Source: a virus (Duplodnaviria > Caudoviricetes). From it: 61,352 bases of DNA. Below, piece by piece: positions 1 through 9,092 of the stretch (its first letter is position 1; each line of letters begins with the position of its first letter). The notes beneath the pieces were generated by a model, which saw only the letters and a program-made list of their open reading frames with translations, had not been told where the DNA came from and did no database searches. The position numbers and the translations under genes were made by a program. The stretch is from IMG/VR virus record IMGVR_UViG_3300009187_000027, positions 1-61,352 of that record; one strand, 5' to 3'.

Positions 1-315
1 GTGGGGGCTGCGAGCCAACCAGTTGAAGCACCCCTACGGTGCTGGCTACCGACCCTATCAGGCTGATGCGTCGGTCGCTGGGATATCCATCCCCAAGGAG
101 GCAAGGAAGCAATCGCTGTTCTCACCCGTCACGGCAGACATGCTGGCCCGCGATCCCCACCTCGCACTGCCCGGCGGCATCGACCAACTCAGGTACTACT
201 CCACCGACAAGCGGTTCGTGAACGGGCGAGGGCTAAACGCTGCGGGAGTCAAGTACACAGATGCCGAGGTCGCAGACATCCTCCAGAAGGAAGTCCTCGA
301 TCCCAACTCAGCGTA
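1..315. repeat. Terminal direct repeat, left copy (matches 61038-61352)
   Basis: Direct comparison: identical except at positions 86, 103, 158, 178, 211, 212. Confidence 0.97.
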
Positions 316-2545
316 TTGGAGTGCCCGGCAGAACGCGAACAGCAACTATGCGAAACTCGGGACGATGAAGTACACCCCGCAGCAGGCGAAGGCTATGGCC
401 CAACTGCTCAACCAGTTGCCGGGTGACGCTCCGATCCTCTCCAACTCCACGCTCGACGCTCAGTCGCGATATCTCGGCGGCAGATACCGCCAGATCGCCA
501 TGACACCCGAGGTGCTGGACACGCTCGCCTCCAAGGCTGTCGAGGTCGCACCGAAGAACGTGCCCGGCGGCAACTCGGTCAACCTGATAACCGCTCTGAA
601 CCAGTTGGCCCTGACCTCGCCCAACCCCGAACTCAAGGCGCTCAAGGAAGCCTACAAGGCTGCGCTTGCAACGATGCCGGGCGGCAAGAAGCCGGGCTTC
701 TGGGCGTGGGCTGCCACGCAGGATGCGTCGATCAACAGCCACATGCCGGGCTTCAAGGCGGCGCTCGCGGCAGACCCCGCACTGAGGTTCCCCGAGTACC
801 TCGCCAAGCAGGGTGACACCCGGTTCATGCCCGGCGGTGCGTCCGACAAACTCAGGGCTGCGGTCGCCAAGCGGGTGGGCAAGAACCCAGAGGACATCCG
901 CCTCTCCAACTACTCGATCCCGAGCGACCTCGTCAGCAGGATGAAGGAGGTCGATCAGTACTACCAGCAGCCCAAGGCTGCTAGCGCAATTCGGGAGGGC
1001 GTCGATCAATTCAATAGGCTGTTCAAGGCACAGGTCTTGCTCTGGCCCTCGCGTTACACCCGCGATCTCATGAGCGGCTTCGTATCCAACACACTGGAGG
1101 CTGGTGCCGACAAGGCTGCGTGGGGGTATCAAGCAGCCACGAAGATTCTCAATGGCGACAAGCAGGCGACCGCCGAGGCACTGCGTGGGCTGGAGCGTTA
1201 CAAGGGCATCGCGGATGACAAGCAACTCCTCGACGCCTTCTACGAGGACATCGGCACCCACAAGGTGCTGACCGGAATCTCCGCCGACCTCGACAAGGAT
1301 GCTGGCATCGCAGGCCAGAGCGTCACCAACATGCTGCCGGGCGTGGTGCCGAAGAGTGCATCACAGATACTCACCGACGCCGCCGGGAAGATGGTCGCCA
1401 ACAAGGGGATGCCAGACTATTTCGGCATTCAAGGAGTTGCACCGTATCTCGGAGTGTTCGGTCACAAGGCAAACACCAAAACAACTGGTGCGCTCTACAA
1501 GGCGGGCGAAGAGATGGCGAACTACACCGACGATCTGAATCGTCTCGGTGGGTTCCTCGCCATGATGTCCAATGGATTGGCCCCGGCGGAGGCTGCCAAG
1601 AGAATCGCATCGGCTCATGTCGTGTACGACGATCTCTCAGAGTTTGAGAAGGGACTGCGCCGCCTCGACCCGTTCTATGCCTATAACCGGGGCATCACCA
1701 AGTGGGGCGTGAAGGCTCTCCAAGAACCTCAAAGCAAGTTGATGCGGATGTACCGCGTCAACGACCGGCTCACGCAGAGCGACGAGGATGCGTACACGCC
1801 ACAGACGATCCGCGATTCAGGCGGCTTCGCCATCCCGAAGTGGGTGGACACTGTCACAGGGCTGCCGCTCGCTGACCTTGGCGACGGTCGCCGAGGATAT
1901 ATCAGCAACCTCGACCTGCCGACGATGGGCGTTGCCAATCTTGCATCCATCAGGAAGCAGGGCAACGACATCGATTGGTCTGGTACGGCTTCAGCCACTG
2001 CGTCGAATTTCCTGAAGCGATCTGCGCCGCTCACGAAAGCCGCGATGGAGTTGGCATTCCAGCGAGACTCATTCTCCAAGCAGCCGCTGGGCCAGAGACC
2101 GACATCGCTTGAGAACACGCTCACCGCTGTGCTGCCGCAGGCAGTTAAGCAGTACATGCCGCAGAACACAGAGGGTCAGGTCAATCTGCCGACGCTCATA
2201 GACAAGGCAGTCGAACTCGCTTACCCCGCTGGCGGTCGAGTGTTCGGCTTCACGCAGGCAGCGAGCGACATGAAGAGCCCGAGTTCGGCTGCGTCAGTGG
2301 GCAATGCCCTGTTCAACACTTTTTCGCCCGTCAAATTTAGGGCGTATGGACAGGAGACCATCAACCGTGACGCGATGCGCGTTTTGGATGACCAGTTCCG
2401 AACCTACGGGGTCATGGAGATGCCGCTCGTCTCCGATGAAGATGTCGAGAAGATGTCTCCCTCGCTCCGCAGGAACTACGAGATCAGGAAGGGACTCCAG
2501 CAGGTCGAGCGTGAGCGCCGAAAGGCGAGGGCTGCTGGTCAATAG
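23..2545 (+). CDS. C-terminal part of the large putative ejection protein (continues from 59911)
   Basis: 840-aa Ala/Gly-rich ORF, last gene of the virion module; position typical of podovirus core proteins. Confidence 0.75.
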   Translation: MKHPYGAGYRPYQADASVAGISIPKEARKQSLFSPVTADMLARDPHLALPGGIDQLRYYSTDKRFVNGRGLNAAGVKYTDAEVADILQKEVLDPNSAYWSARQNANSNYAKLGTMKYTPQQAKAMAQLLNQLPGDAPILSNSTLDAQSRYLGGRYRQIAMTPEVLDTLASKAVEVAPKNVPGGNSVNLITALNQLALTSPNPELKALKEAYKAALATMPGGKKPGFWAWAATQDASINSHMPGFKAALAADPALRFPEYLAKQGDTRFMPGGASDKLRAAVAKRVGKNPEDIRLSNYSIPSDLVSRMKEVDQYYQQPKAASAIREGVDQFNRLFKAQVLLWPSRYTRDLMSGFVSNTLEAGADKAAWGYQAATKILNGDKQATAEALRGLERYKGIADDKQLLDAFYEDIGTHKVLTGISADLDKDAGIAGQSVTNMLPGVVPKSASQILTDAAGKMVANKGMPDYFGIQGVAPYLGVFGHKANTKTTGALYKAGEEMANYTDDLNRLGGFLAMMSNGLAPAEAAKRIASAHVVYDDLSEFEKGLRRLDPFYAYNRGITKWGVKALQEPQSKLMRMYRVNDRLTQSDEDAYTPQTIRDSGGFAIPKWVDTVTGLPLADLGDGRRGYISNLDLPTMGVANLASIRKQGNDIDWSGTASATASNFLKRSAPLTKAAMELAFQRDSFSKQPLGQRPTSLENTLTAVLPQAVKQYMPQNTEGQVNLPTLIDKAVELAYPAGGRVFGFTQAASDMKSPSSAASVGNALFNTFSPVKFRAYGQETINRDAMRVLDDQFRTYGVMEMPLVSDEDVEKMSPSLRRNYEIRKGLQQVERERRKARAAGQ

Positions 2546-2993
2546 CCATGCGACCGTTCAGGAACTCAGGCCCGATGTACGAGTAGTCTTCAGTGTCGAA
2601 CGGGCACAGTGACTCGTCGCCATCGAGCAAGTAGAACTCCTGCCTGAGAAGAAGATACTCGCTGCCGGTGAGCAGAACCCCCGCCGCCATCTGTGCCTGC
2701 TTTTTTAGGGCTGCCTCTCTCTGGCGGGCGGCTACCTTCTCGCGGCGGCAACGCTTCGCATCTCGGGCCTTCTGTCTCTCAGAGAGAAAGTCGGAGCCGA
2801 GGCAGACACCAACCCCACGACCTCGCCTCTTGATTTCAGCAACAATGTAGGCAGGGCATCTGGGGATCGAATCGACGCACCATCGAAGGTAATCGGCATC
2901 GACCTCAGTGACAGGGCAGTTCCGCCACTTCCCAAAGGTCATCACTTGAGGGCATCCGACCCGCGTTGTCTCGCTCGCTCTTTCCATCACCAT
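2484..2993 (-). CDS. DUF3820/QSregVF_b-like domain protein
   Basis: MTFGKWRNCPVTEVDADYLRW matches the MPFGKYKG..I..VP..YL.W pattern; AAGGAG RBS. Confidence 0.7.
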   Translation of the reverse strand: MVMERASETTRVGCPQVMTFGKWRNCPVTEVDADYLRWCVDSIPRCPAYIVAEIKRRGRGVGVCLGSDFLSERQKARDAKRCRREKVAARQREAALKKQAQMAAGVLLTGSEYLLLRQEFYLLDGDESLCPFDTEDYSYIGPEFLNGRMAIDQQPSPFGAHARPAGVPS

Positions 2994-3360
2994 CTCTCCT
3001 TCTTGTAGGGCGATCTCTTAAACACAGTGGGGTAGACCCGGAGTGAGCGAGTGAACAGTGACTCCCCCCCGCAGGGGAGAGTCACGGAACAAGGTCGGGC
3101 ATCCCCGTCGTTTCGCTTGTTCACAGCGGGTGGCATAGGATTACGGGGGGCCACCATCGTTCATCACGACCTCCTACCCCGAGGTGGCGGGCACCTGCCT
3201 GCATCAAACCGCCGAGTCACCAAGCGTTTTGCTATCCACCCCACGGGCTGTGGCCCTTGCGCCAAAGAAGCCCGTGTTTACTCCACCGTTTCGACCTCAG
3301 TCTTCGGCTGGTGGAAACACCGCTGCCCCTTCCTGAATGGGGCTCTGTGCAAGCCGCCCC
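2994..3360 (-). ncRNA. Candidate structured leader or ncRNA
   Basis: No convincing ORF; several nested inverted repeats; promoter-like element at 3361-3386 just upstream. Confidence 0.4.
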
Positions 3361-3386
3361 ATTCTAGGAATCAGGTCAACAGATCG
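3361..3386 (-). promoter_or_regulatory. Short-spacer promoter-like element A
   Basis: CGATCTG TTGACC TGATTCC TAGAAT. Confidence 0.6.
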
Positions 3387-3411
3387 GTCTCATTAAGATC
3401 GAGAAAAATTC

Positions 3412-4095
3412 TTAGAGACCCGCCGTGAACGTGCGTCCCGCCGTGACGAAAAACAGACGCACCAGAAAAGCACCCATCAGCGTGAGCATCAGGCTGCTGG
3501 GCTCTGGAATGGGATCGGGCGACGGGACTGCGGTCGCCGCCATCAAGGCCACCGAACTCCTGAGTCCCGTCTGCTGGAGCGGCTGCCTGATGAGGGACAG
3601 CAGCACAGAGCCAGTGCCAGCAGATACTTGTGCGCTCGCCCGGAAATAGGTCGTGGCGGAGACAATGGTGGCGAGGTCTCCGATGGCGACCCGAGCCCTC
3701 GCCTCGCCCGAGTAGCCGTAGAGCGAGACCTCCAGTGGCAGCAGCAGGTCTCGCGTCAGCGACAGGGTATACCCCTGACCGCTCGACACCGAATCAGGGC
3801 TCAGTGATGCGTATCCCAAGCCAGAGGACACCGTCTGGCCTCCGACAACGAACTGCGTCTGCTCGATGCCGAGCGAGCCCAAGGCGATTCGGGGGCTGCC
3901 CATGCTGATCGCGACGGCGGTGCCGCTCAAGTAGCCGCCCGTGCCCGAAAACGATGCGACCGTCGAGGCATTGTCGCCTGCCCCCCAGACGGCATAGTCG
4001 CCATAGAGGCTGGCTCCCCCGTTGTACTGCTCGACCGTGATGACATCAGCCGATGCCACCGCAGTGAGCGCAAGAAAAGCCCCGAGCAGACGCAC
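3412..4095 (-). CDS. PEP-CTERM sorting-domain surface protein
   Basis: Signal peptide MRLLGAFLALTAVASA; C-terminal IPEPSSLMLTLMGAFLVRLFF; AGGAGG RBS. Confidence 0.8.
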   Translation of the reverse strand: MRLLGAFLALTAVASADVITVEQYNGGASLYGDYAVWGAGDNASTVASFSGTGGYLSGTAVAISMGSPRIALGSLGIEQTQFVVGGQTVSSGLGYASLSPDSVSSGQGYTLSLTRDLLLPLEVSLYGYSGEARARVAIGDLATIVSATTYFRASAQVSAGTGSVLLSLIRQPLQQTGLRSSVALMAATAVPSPDPIPEPSSLMLTLMGAFLVRLFFVTAGRTFTAGL

Positions 4096-4144
4096 AGATC
4101 ACCTCCTTTTAAGGACACGACGCGATCCACTCGGGGCGCTATGC

Positions 4145-4978
4145 TTATGGGGCTTCATCCAGCGGCGGCGGCACCGGCACTGACTCGGTGAGTTGCGAGA
4201 AATCTATGTAGAAGCGGGCGGCGAGGAGAGGATTGCTGTGCCCGAGAAAGCGAGTGGCACTTCCCGGCATACGAGCCTCTAGGTGTGTGGCTGCCGAGCG
4301 TCTTAGCCACTGTATGGAGCCGTCTGCGATCCCGGCAGCCTTGCGAATTTTGCGAAACTCCCGGTGCATCTGGGTGGTCGAAATTGCCCAGCCGAAAAGC
4401 CTCCCGTCAGGGCTGATCTCGCCCAGCCGATGAAGCAGGTCTCTCGTCTTCTCTGAGATGGGACGCACCACCACCTGCCGGGTCTTGCCTGCGGTGACGC
4501 ACACAGCCCCTGAACGGATGTTCGTCCTCCGCAGGGCAAACAGGTCGCCACGCCTGAGTCCGGTCTCATAGCCGACTCGCAGAAAAGCCTCAAACCATAG
4601 GGCTCTCGGGCACCCAGACGGAGAAAATTTTCCTGTGGCCTCCGCCGATCTATTGACAAGCCGGATAAGATCGGATCGTGACCACGCGGGGACGGGCTCG
4701 CGGGGCACTCGGATGGCTGGGCACTTGGGTGGGTGGGCGATCAGCCCCTCCTCATAGGCCCACCTCCAGACAGCCACGATCATGCCTCGCCGGGCTGCGA
4801 GAGTGATCGGGCGATAGCGATTTCTCACGGAGGAGAGATGCGACCACACCAGATCACGGCTGATCGTCTCGCGGGTGATGCCCGCCTTCTCAAGGATGCG
4901 TCCAAGCGCCCGCATGTTGTGAGCGTACATCGCGCTCGTCTCGCGTGTTTTTAGGTATTGCTCGATTAGGTCTCGCAC
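4145..4978 (-). CDS. int: Tyrosine recombinase/integrase
   Basis: ETGLRRGDL (Arg I), GKT (Lys), QWLRRS (Arg II), LGHS, FY (Tyr); GTG start after GGAG. Confidence 0.88.
   Translation of the reverse strand: MRDLIEQYLKTRETSAMYAHNMRALGRILEKAGITRETISRDLVWSHLSSVRNRYRPITLAARRGMIVAVWRWAYEEGLIAHPPKCPAIRVPREPVPAWSRSDLIRLVNRSAEATGKFSPSGCPRALWFEAFLRVGYETGLRRGDLFALRRTNIRSGAVCVTAGKTRQVVVRPISEKTRDLLHRLGEISPDGRLFGWAISTTQMHREFRKIRKAAGIADGSIQWLRRSAATHLEARMPGSATRFLGHSNPLLAARFYIDFSQLTESVPVPPPLDEAP
4646..4671 (+). promoter_or_regulatory. Short-spacer promoter-like element B (antisense within int, facing the replication operon)
   Basis: CGATCTA TTGACA AGCCGGA TAAGAT. Confidence 0.55.
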
Positions 4979-5049
4979 TGCTAGACTCCACTGAACGCAT
5001 GTACATCTACATCTTTCTCTGACGGCGAGTGTTAAAAAGTTTTCCGCAC

Positions 5050-5970
5050 ATGTCAACCAACGAAAAAAACTTGGCCCTACTAAAAGCATGTAAGTCCCAC
5101 TCGCTGGCGGTCGGAGAGGCGTTCGTTCTCCGCGACCTGCCCAACGAGGACTACCACTCGCTCCCGATCCTGTCGAAGTCGCCAGCGTGGGACTTCCACC
5201 GACACGGGCCTCGCTGGTTCCAGCAGACCCGCATCACCAGAACCCAGCCTGCCTACGGGTCGCAGGCAATGCAAGACGGTACGCTCGTACACCTCGCTTT
5301 GGAGGTGACACCCCCCGTTTATCGGGCTAAACGCACGGTAATCCCCGAGGAGTACCAGACGGCGACCGGCGGGATGTCGCAGTCGAAGTCTGCCAAGGCA
5401 TGGCGGGCCGATCAGCCGCCCGACGCCCTGCTGGTGAGCCCGGCATCCGATGCGCTAGTCGAAGCCATCCTTGCCGAGGCGTTCACCAACCCGGCATTCG
5501 TGTCTCTGTACGAGCGTGTCGCTGAACGCGAACTCTCGGTGTTCGGCAGGCGACCGGACGGTCACCTCACTCGCTGCCGGTATGACGCGATCACCGAGGA
5601 CGGCATCGCGCTCGATTACAAGACAACGCGCGATGCCCGCCCGCTGGAGACATGGATCAAGGCTGTGATAGATCACGGCTACCACTTCCAGCAGTCGTGG
5701 TATCAGACGCTTGGAATTCTCGCGGGCGTTGTCAGCGACGAACCGCTGCACTTCATCACGCTGTCCACCACCGCACCCTATCAGGTGCAGGTCGTGACGC
5801 TGCCCGCCGCTCTTGTCGATCCGCAGGACGCACTGATCACTCGCGTACTCGATGAGATCGCCGCTCGCACAGAGACCGACTACTGGTCGCCAGATGGGTA
5901 CGGAGAGGTTCGGGAACTAGCGGTGCCTGCGTGGGCACTGCGTCAACTAGAGGAGAGCATCAATGGCTGA
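5050..5970 (+). CDS. PD-(D/E)XK exonuclease, RecE/ExoVIII-like (DUF3799)
   Basis: NEDYH..LSKS, GTLVH..LE, RCRYD, DYKTT, YHFQ..WY; adjacent to ERF. Confidence 0.85.
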   Translation: MSTNEKNLALLKACKSHSLAVGEAFVLRDLPNEDYHSLPILSKSPAWDFHRHGPRWFQQTRITRTQPAYGSQAMQDGTLVHLALEVTPPVYRAKRTVIPEEYQTATGGMSQSKSAKAWRADQPPDALLVSPASDALVEAILAEAFTNPAFVSLYERVAERELSVFGRRPDGHLTRCRYDAITEDGIALDYKTTRDARPLETWIKAVIDHGYHFQQSWYQTLGILAGVVSDEPLHFITLSTTAPYQVQVVTLPAALVDPQDALITRVLDEIAARTETDYWSPDGYGEVRELAVPAWALRQLEESING

Positions 5971-6646
5971 TGATCGTGAAGTGTGTGACCTCGATGGCAT
6001 TCCGGTGCGGACGGTGGTGCGTGACCACAGGCTGCGTCCCGAGACCGGGCACCTGCCCGCCAGCAGCAGCGAGTTCCTCGACCTGCTGACGGCAGCAATG
6101 TCGGCGGCTCGCCCAAAGATCAGTGAGATCAAGAAGACCACCAAGGGTGCGTTCGGTCGCTACGCCCCGCTGGATGTGGTGCTGGACGCAGTGACTCCAG
6201 CCCTCTCCGAGCATGGCCTCGTCCTTCGCAGCCGCACGATCATCGTCGGTGACGAGGAGTGGCTGGTCACCACCCTGTCCCATACGTCGGGGCAGTTTGA
6301 GCGGTCGATGTCGCGGATCGCTGGCAACCCCGGCGACTACCAGAAGCGGCTGGCTGCGGCGACCTACCTCCGCCGCATGCACACCTCCTGCCTCTGCGGC
6401 GTGGCTGCCGACAGCGACGAGGACGGTGCCGGTCTGGCCCCGGAAAAGCCCCGTGGCCCGACGCCGTTTGAGTTGGCCCGCAAAGCCATAAGTGAGGGTG
6501 GCACACCTCAGTTCCGAGCCATGTCGCTCGCCCGAGCAGCGGCATCCACCGCACAGGGCCGGATCACCGAGGCCCAGTTCGGCGAACTGAAGGCGATCCA
6601 CGACTCGCTGCTGCCCAAGGAGGAGACCGCCAGTGCTGACTCATGA
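5963..6646 (+). CDS. ERF-family single-strand annealing protein
   Basis: YAPLDVVLDAVTPALSEHGL, TTLSHTSGQ, ATYLRR, DEDG. Confidence 0.85.
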   Translation: MADDREVCDLDGIPVRTVVRDHRLRPETGHLPASSSEFLDLLTAAMSAARPKISEIKKTTKGAFGRYAPLDVVLDAVTPALSEHGLVLRSRTIIVGDEEWLVTTLSHTSGQFERSMSRIAGNPGDYQKRLAAATYLRRMHTSCLCGVAADSDEDGAGLAPEKPRGPTPFELARKAISEGGTPQFRAMSLARAAASTAQGRITEAQFGELKAIHDSLLPKEETASADS

Positions 6647-7058
6647 GGACTTAGACGAGATCGAGGGGCGGATCACGAACCTCCATCTGGAGTTTCTGCC
6701 GCAGATCGTGACGGTCGATGTGCCAGCCCTCATCTCAGAGGTGCGGCTGCTGAAGGTGCTGCTGTTCTCCAGCGTGGAGAGCGGCGAGGAGATCACGCAG
6801 GGAGGAGATGACGATGATCGCGACCACGACGAGGCTTTCGGGCAGCCAGTGCAGGACGGTGGAGACGCTCTACGAGGCGGGGAAGACGGTGAAGCAGGTG
6901 GCGTCCTTCACGGGGCTGACATTCCACCGGGTGCGGGCGCATCTGCGTCTGGTGGGCCTGATCCGACCGGGGGTGCGGAGCCCGAGGAAGCCCGACCCCA
7001 CGCCTTCGGAGATCGAGGAGCGGGCAGCCGCGATCAGGTCTCGCTGGAGTGCCTCTGA
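6633..7058 (+). CDS. Hypothetical protein
   Basis: GGAGGAG RBS; overlaps the next ORF by ~250 nt, so the 3' part is uncertain. Confidence 0.5.
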   Translation: MLTHEDLDEIEGRITNLHLEFLPQIVTVDVPALISEVRLLKVLLFSSVESGEEITQGGDDDDRDHDEAFGQPVQDGGDALRGGEDGEAGGVLHGADIPPGAGASASGGPDPTGGAEPEEARPHAFGDRGAGSRDQVSLECL

Positions 7059-7113
7059 GGCGGAGCGCCGCAGGCTTGGGCGTTCGGGCAGTGTCTTTGG
7101 GAGGGTCGCCTGA
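6808..7113 (+). CDS. Small helix-turn-helix protein
   Basis: LYEAGKTVKQVASFTGLTFHRVRAHL HTH pattern; RBS; stop overlaps helicase start. Confidence 0.65.
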   Translation: MTMIATTTRLSGSQCRTVETLYEAGKTVKQVASFTGLTFHRVRAHLRLVGLIRPGVRSPRKPDPTPSEIEERAAAIRSRWSASEAERRRLGRSGSVFGRVA

Positions 7114-8660
7114 TGATCGAGAGTCGTGACCTATTCAACGACCCTCGCCCACGACCGAGGGACTACCAGCAGCATGCCGTTGAGGCGATGCGTGGAGTCC
7201 TTCGGTCGGAGGGTCGGGCTTGCTGCGAGGCGGCGACCGGCACGGGCAAGACGCTCATCGAGGCGATGCTCTCGGAGCATTACCATAAGACGCTGCTCAT
7301 CGATCCGCAGATCACCCTCGTCCACCAGTTGGCGAAGGGCGTCGAGCGATACCGGCTCCGGTCGGTCGAGATCGAGCAGGCCAACAACTGGGCGAACCCC
7401 GACGCTCCCATCGTGGTGGCGAGCCTCGACACGCTGCGGAACATGCGTCGTGCCGAGCGGTTCTCGCCTGACCTAGTGATCGTGGACGAGGCTCACTATG
7501 GCCTCGCCCCCAGCACACGGGCGATGCTCGACTACTACGCCGACAAGGGAGCCCACATCGCAGGCTTCACCGCCACGCCTCATCAGAGACCGGATGGCAG
7601 CAGCCCGCTGGACTATTTCGGATCGTGCCCCGTGCAGTACGGAGTCGCTGCCGCCATCGAGCATGGCTGGCTCACGCCCATCCGAGCCCGGCGAGTAGTG
7701 ATCAAGTCGGCAGACTACACGGGCTGCAAGGTGTTCGGTGACTTCTCCTCACAGGAGGTCGAGCGAATCCTCCGCAGCGAGGCGGCACTGCAAGAGGCGT
7801 GTGCATTGGTCGCTGCCAATCACGATGCGGCTCGCAGCGGTGCTGTCTACTGTGCGTCAATAGACCACGCCGAGGACTGCCGCATGCTGCTTGAGTCTCG
7901 GCATCGCATCCCGACCGCCCTCGTCCATAGCCGTATGTCCCCAGCCCAGAGGCAGGAGGAACTTGCGAGGTTTGAGGGCGGCGAGGCGAAACTAATCTGC
8001 AACGTGGCATGCCTCCGCATGGGCTGGGACAGCCAGCGATGCAGCGAGATACATGTACTGCGACCCATCGCCAGCCTGCCCGCCTACATCCAGACGGTCG
8101 GTCGTGGCCTGCGCCCCGACCCCAAGGACTGCGAGCAGCCGACCGAGTACCTGCGGCGGCTGGCGATCAAGCAGGGCAGGAAGAGCGACTGCCTGCTCAT
8201 CGACTACACAGACACGCACCGCTACCACCGGGTGTGTAGTGCCATCGATGTGGTGATTCCGCGAAAGAAGCAGAAGTATCGCGAGGCTCTGATCCGCCGC
8301 ACAGAAGCGCAGGACATGACTCTGGCGGAACTCCAGCAGGAGGCCCGCGACGAGGAGCGTCGTGAGGCAGAGCGGGCGAGAGCCGAGATGATCGCAGAGA
8401 AGGAGCGTCGGAGCGAGTGCGTGGTCGGCGTGACCTTTGATTCGCGGTCGGCGGATGTGTTCGCCAAGCCGACCGCCGTCACGCCCAAGCGGCAGGGGGC
8501 ACGGCTCATGTGGGGGCCGTACAAGGGCGAACTGATCCGGCTTGTGCCGAGGGGTTACCTCCAGAAGCACCTCGCCCAGATGAAGCGGAGCCCCGGCAAC
8601 GAGTGGTTGGTCAAGGCGATCAAGAGGGAACTCACCACGCTGGAAAAGGAGAGGCCATGA
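7113..8660 (+). CDS. SF2 DEAH-box helicase with C-terminal DUF3820-like domain
   Basis: ATGTGKT, DEAH, TATP, QTVGRGLR; C-terminal MWGPYKGELIRLVPRGYL. Confidence 0.92.
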   Translation: MIESRDLFNDPRPRPRDYQQHAVEAMRGVLRSEGRACCEAATGTGKTLIEAMLSEHYHKTLLIDPQITLVHQLAKGVERYRLRSVEIEQANNWANPDAPIVVASLDTLRNMRRAERFSPDLVIVDEAHYGLAPSTRAMLDYYADKGAHIAGFTATPHQRPDGSSPLDYFGSCPVQYGVAAAIEHGWLTPIRARRVVIKSADYTGCKVFGDFSSQEVERILRSEAALQEACALVAANHDAARSGAVYCASIDHAEDCRMLLESRHRIPTALVHSRMSPAQRQEELARFEGGEAKLICNVACLRMGWDSQRCSEIHVLRPIASLPAYIQTVGRGLRPDPKDCEQPTEYLRRLAIKQGRKSDCLLIDYTDTHRYHRVCSAIDVVIPRKKQKYREALIRRTEAQDMTLAELQQEARDEERREAERARAEMIAEKERRSECVVGVTFDSRSADVFAKPTAVTPKRQGARLMWGPYKGELIRLVPRGYLQKHLAQMKRSPGNEWLVKAIKRELTTLEKERP

Positions 8661-8968
8661 GCCGTGACGTTGAGGGGATGATCGTGGTTCGCGACGGGGA
8701 GGCTGGGACGGTCGAGGTCATGGCCTGCTACCGCCACGGCAGGGACAGCGTCCTCGATCTGGTTGGCGAGGACTGCGGCATGCGATCCAAGGAGGTGGCC
8801 CTGATGGGGCTGCCGGTCGCCGGGCCATGCGTGATGCTCTCGGCATCGACCATCGCCCTTATGAGCGACCCGAATCAGGTGGCGGCGCTGGGCCAGTGGT
8901 TGATCAAGGCAGCGAGCGCGCTGGAGGAGGAACTGGATGCCCTCGATGAGGAGTGGGGAGATGAATAG
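8657..8968 (+). CDS. Hypothetical protein
   Basis: ATGA overlap with helicase stop; RBS. Confidence 0.6.
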   Translation: MSRDVEGMIVVRDGEAGTVEVMACYRHGRDSVLDLVGEDCGMRSKEVALMGLPVAGPCVMLSASTIALMSDPNQVAALGQWLIKAASALEEELDALDEEWGDE

Positions 8969-9092
8969 CACAGTGGTGACCCTCGTTCTGATCGCGATGT
9001 TCGGCTCGCTCGCCGCGACAGCGGGTCTGATTGGATTTGCGGCGGGCTACATCTGGAAGGAACTCATGGATGAGCAGACGCCAAGACCTTAG
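8961..9092 (+). CDS. Small membrane protein (43 aa)
   Basis: MNSTVVTLVLIAMFGSLAATAGLIGFAAGYIWKELMDEQTPRP read by hand; coupled to neighbours. Confidence 0.55.
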   Translation: MNSTVVTLVLIAMFGSLAATAGLIGFAAGYIWKELMDEQTPRP

